IMG/VR virus record: IMGVR_UViG_3300044691_000591
Span: 1-64,000 of that record
Direction: 5' to 3' (one strand)
Origin: a virus
Length of the DNA: 64,000 nt
The notes under the pieces: generated by a model
Told to the model about the DNA's origin: nothing
Databases searched by the model: none
The model's input: only the letters and a program-made list of their open reading frames with translations
In this document: positions 63,676 through 64,000 of the stretch, in pieces
Position numbering within the stretch: the stretch's first letter is position 1
Layout of the letters: each line of letters opens with the position of its first letter
Position numbers and translations under genes: made by a program

Positions 63676-64000
63676 CTAGCGGGGCGGGTCGTCGTCGGTG
63701 GCGGGCCCGATGTGCGTGGGTGGGGTCACGCCGGCCTGGCGGTAGGCCTCGCTGAGCGCGGGGGAGAGGCGGATCTCGCCCGATAGCGTACTGCGGAAGT
63801 GTCGGCGGCCGGGCGGCTTGGCGCGGGACTCGAAGGCGTTCCAGTACTCGCCGTCGTCGTCGGGCGGCACGTGCAGTGGCCGGTTGCCCTCGGCCCAGTC
63901 CCAGACGCGCTCGGCCTCGTTCATGTAGTCCGAGATCAGCACGATGCGCCCCTCGGCCGTCGGCGGTAGGAGCAGGGCGGACGGCGGGACGTCGAAGACC
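63676..64000 (-). CDS. C-terminal part of a probable XRE regulator (starts beyond the window)
   Basis: VFDVPPSALLLP...WDWAEGNRPL pattern typical after an XRE HTH. Confidence 0.55.
   Translation of the reverse strand, partial: VFDVPPSALLLPPTAEGRIVLISDYMNEAERVWDWAEGNRPLHVPPDDDGEYWNAFESRAKPPGRRHFRSTLSGEIRLSPALSEAYRQAGVTPPTHIGPATDDDPPR

Larger units (their letters stand above)
1..64000. mobile_element. Temperate siphovirus genome segment (actinophage), apparently excised/virion form
   Basis: Terminase, portal, capsid, tail, tape measure, lysis, repressor, serine integrase and RecET-like genes; no host housekeeping genes; symmetric attP-like site with phage genes on both sides. Confidence 0.95.

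Noticed and set aside
1-64000. tRNA, rRNA or IS elements
   Set aside because: None recognised by eye; intergenic gaps are short and no transposase ORF is evident. A tRNAscan run would be needed to exclude a tRNA formally

Overview
The whole 64 kb reads as one high-GC temperate siphovirus of a filamentous actinomycete (Streptomyces/Kitasatospora-like codon usage). It appears to be in the non-integrated state: a symmetric attP-like site (16434-16475) follows the large serine integrase, and phage genes continue on both sides. Left to right: (1) early/replication operon on the minus strand (replication initiator fragment, Gp37/Gp68, HicA-like, HupS-like HU, HNH, DnaQ exonuclease, BRO, RecT, YqaJ exonuclease); (2) cro/cI switch with a 14-bp operator array; (3) integrase and attP; (4) accessory regulator island (LexA box, XRE and XRE-helical regulators); (5) lysis cassette (holins, GH25 endolysin, cysteine peptidase); (6) an oppositely oriented glycosylation cluster (3 glycosyltransferases, methyltransferase, NDP-sugar epimerase); (7) complete tail and head genes with a -1 frameshift chaperone pair; (8) a MuF-terS-terL-portal block inverted relative to the capsid genes; (9) three orphan virion-like genes; (10) a ~10 kb operon resembling a Streptomyces plasmid/AICE transfer region (TraB/FtsK translocase, DUF2637 Spd-like protein, two membrane-anchored nucleases, paired helical proteins). 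That operon carries its own cis elements: a leader with three GUUGCA-loop hairpins, a 22-bp G-rich inverted repeat, and oriented repeats converging on an 18-bp palindrome. The best candidate for a new system is a virion-forming phage that may also spread hypha-to-hypha by TraB conjugation. All assignments come from motif recognition by eye; no database search was run.
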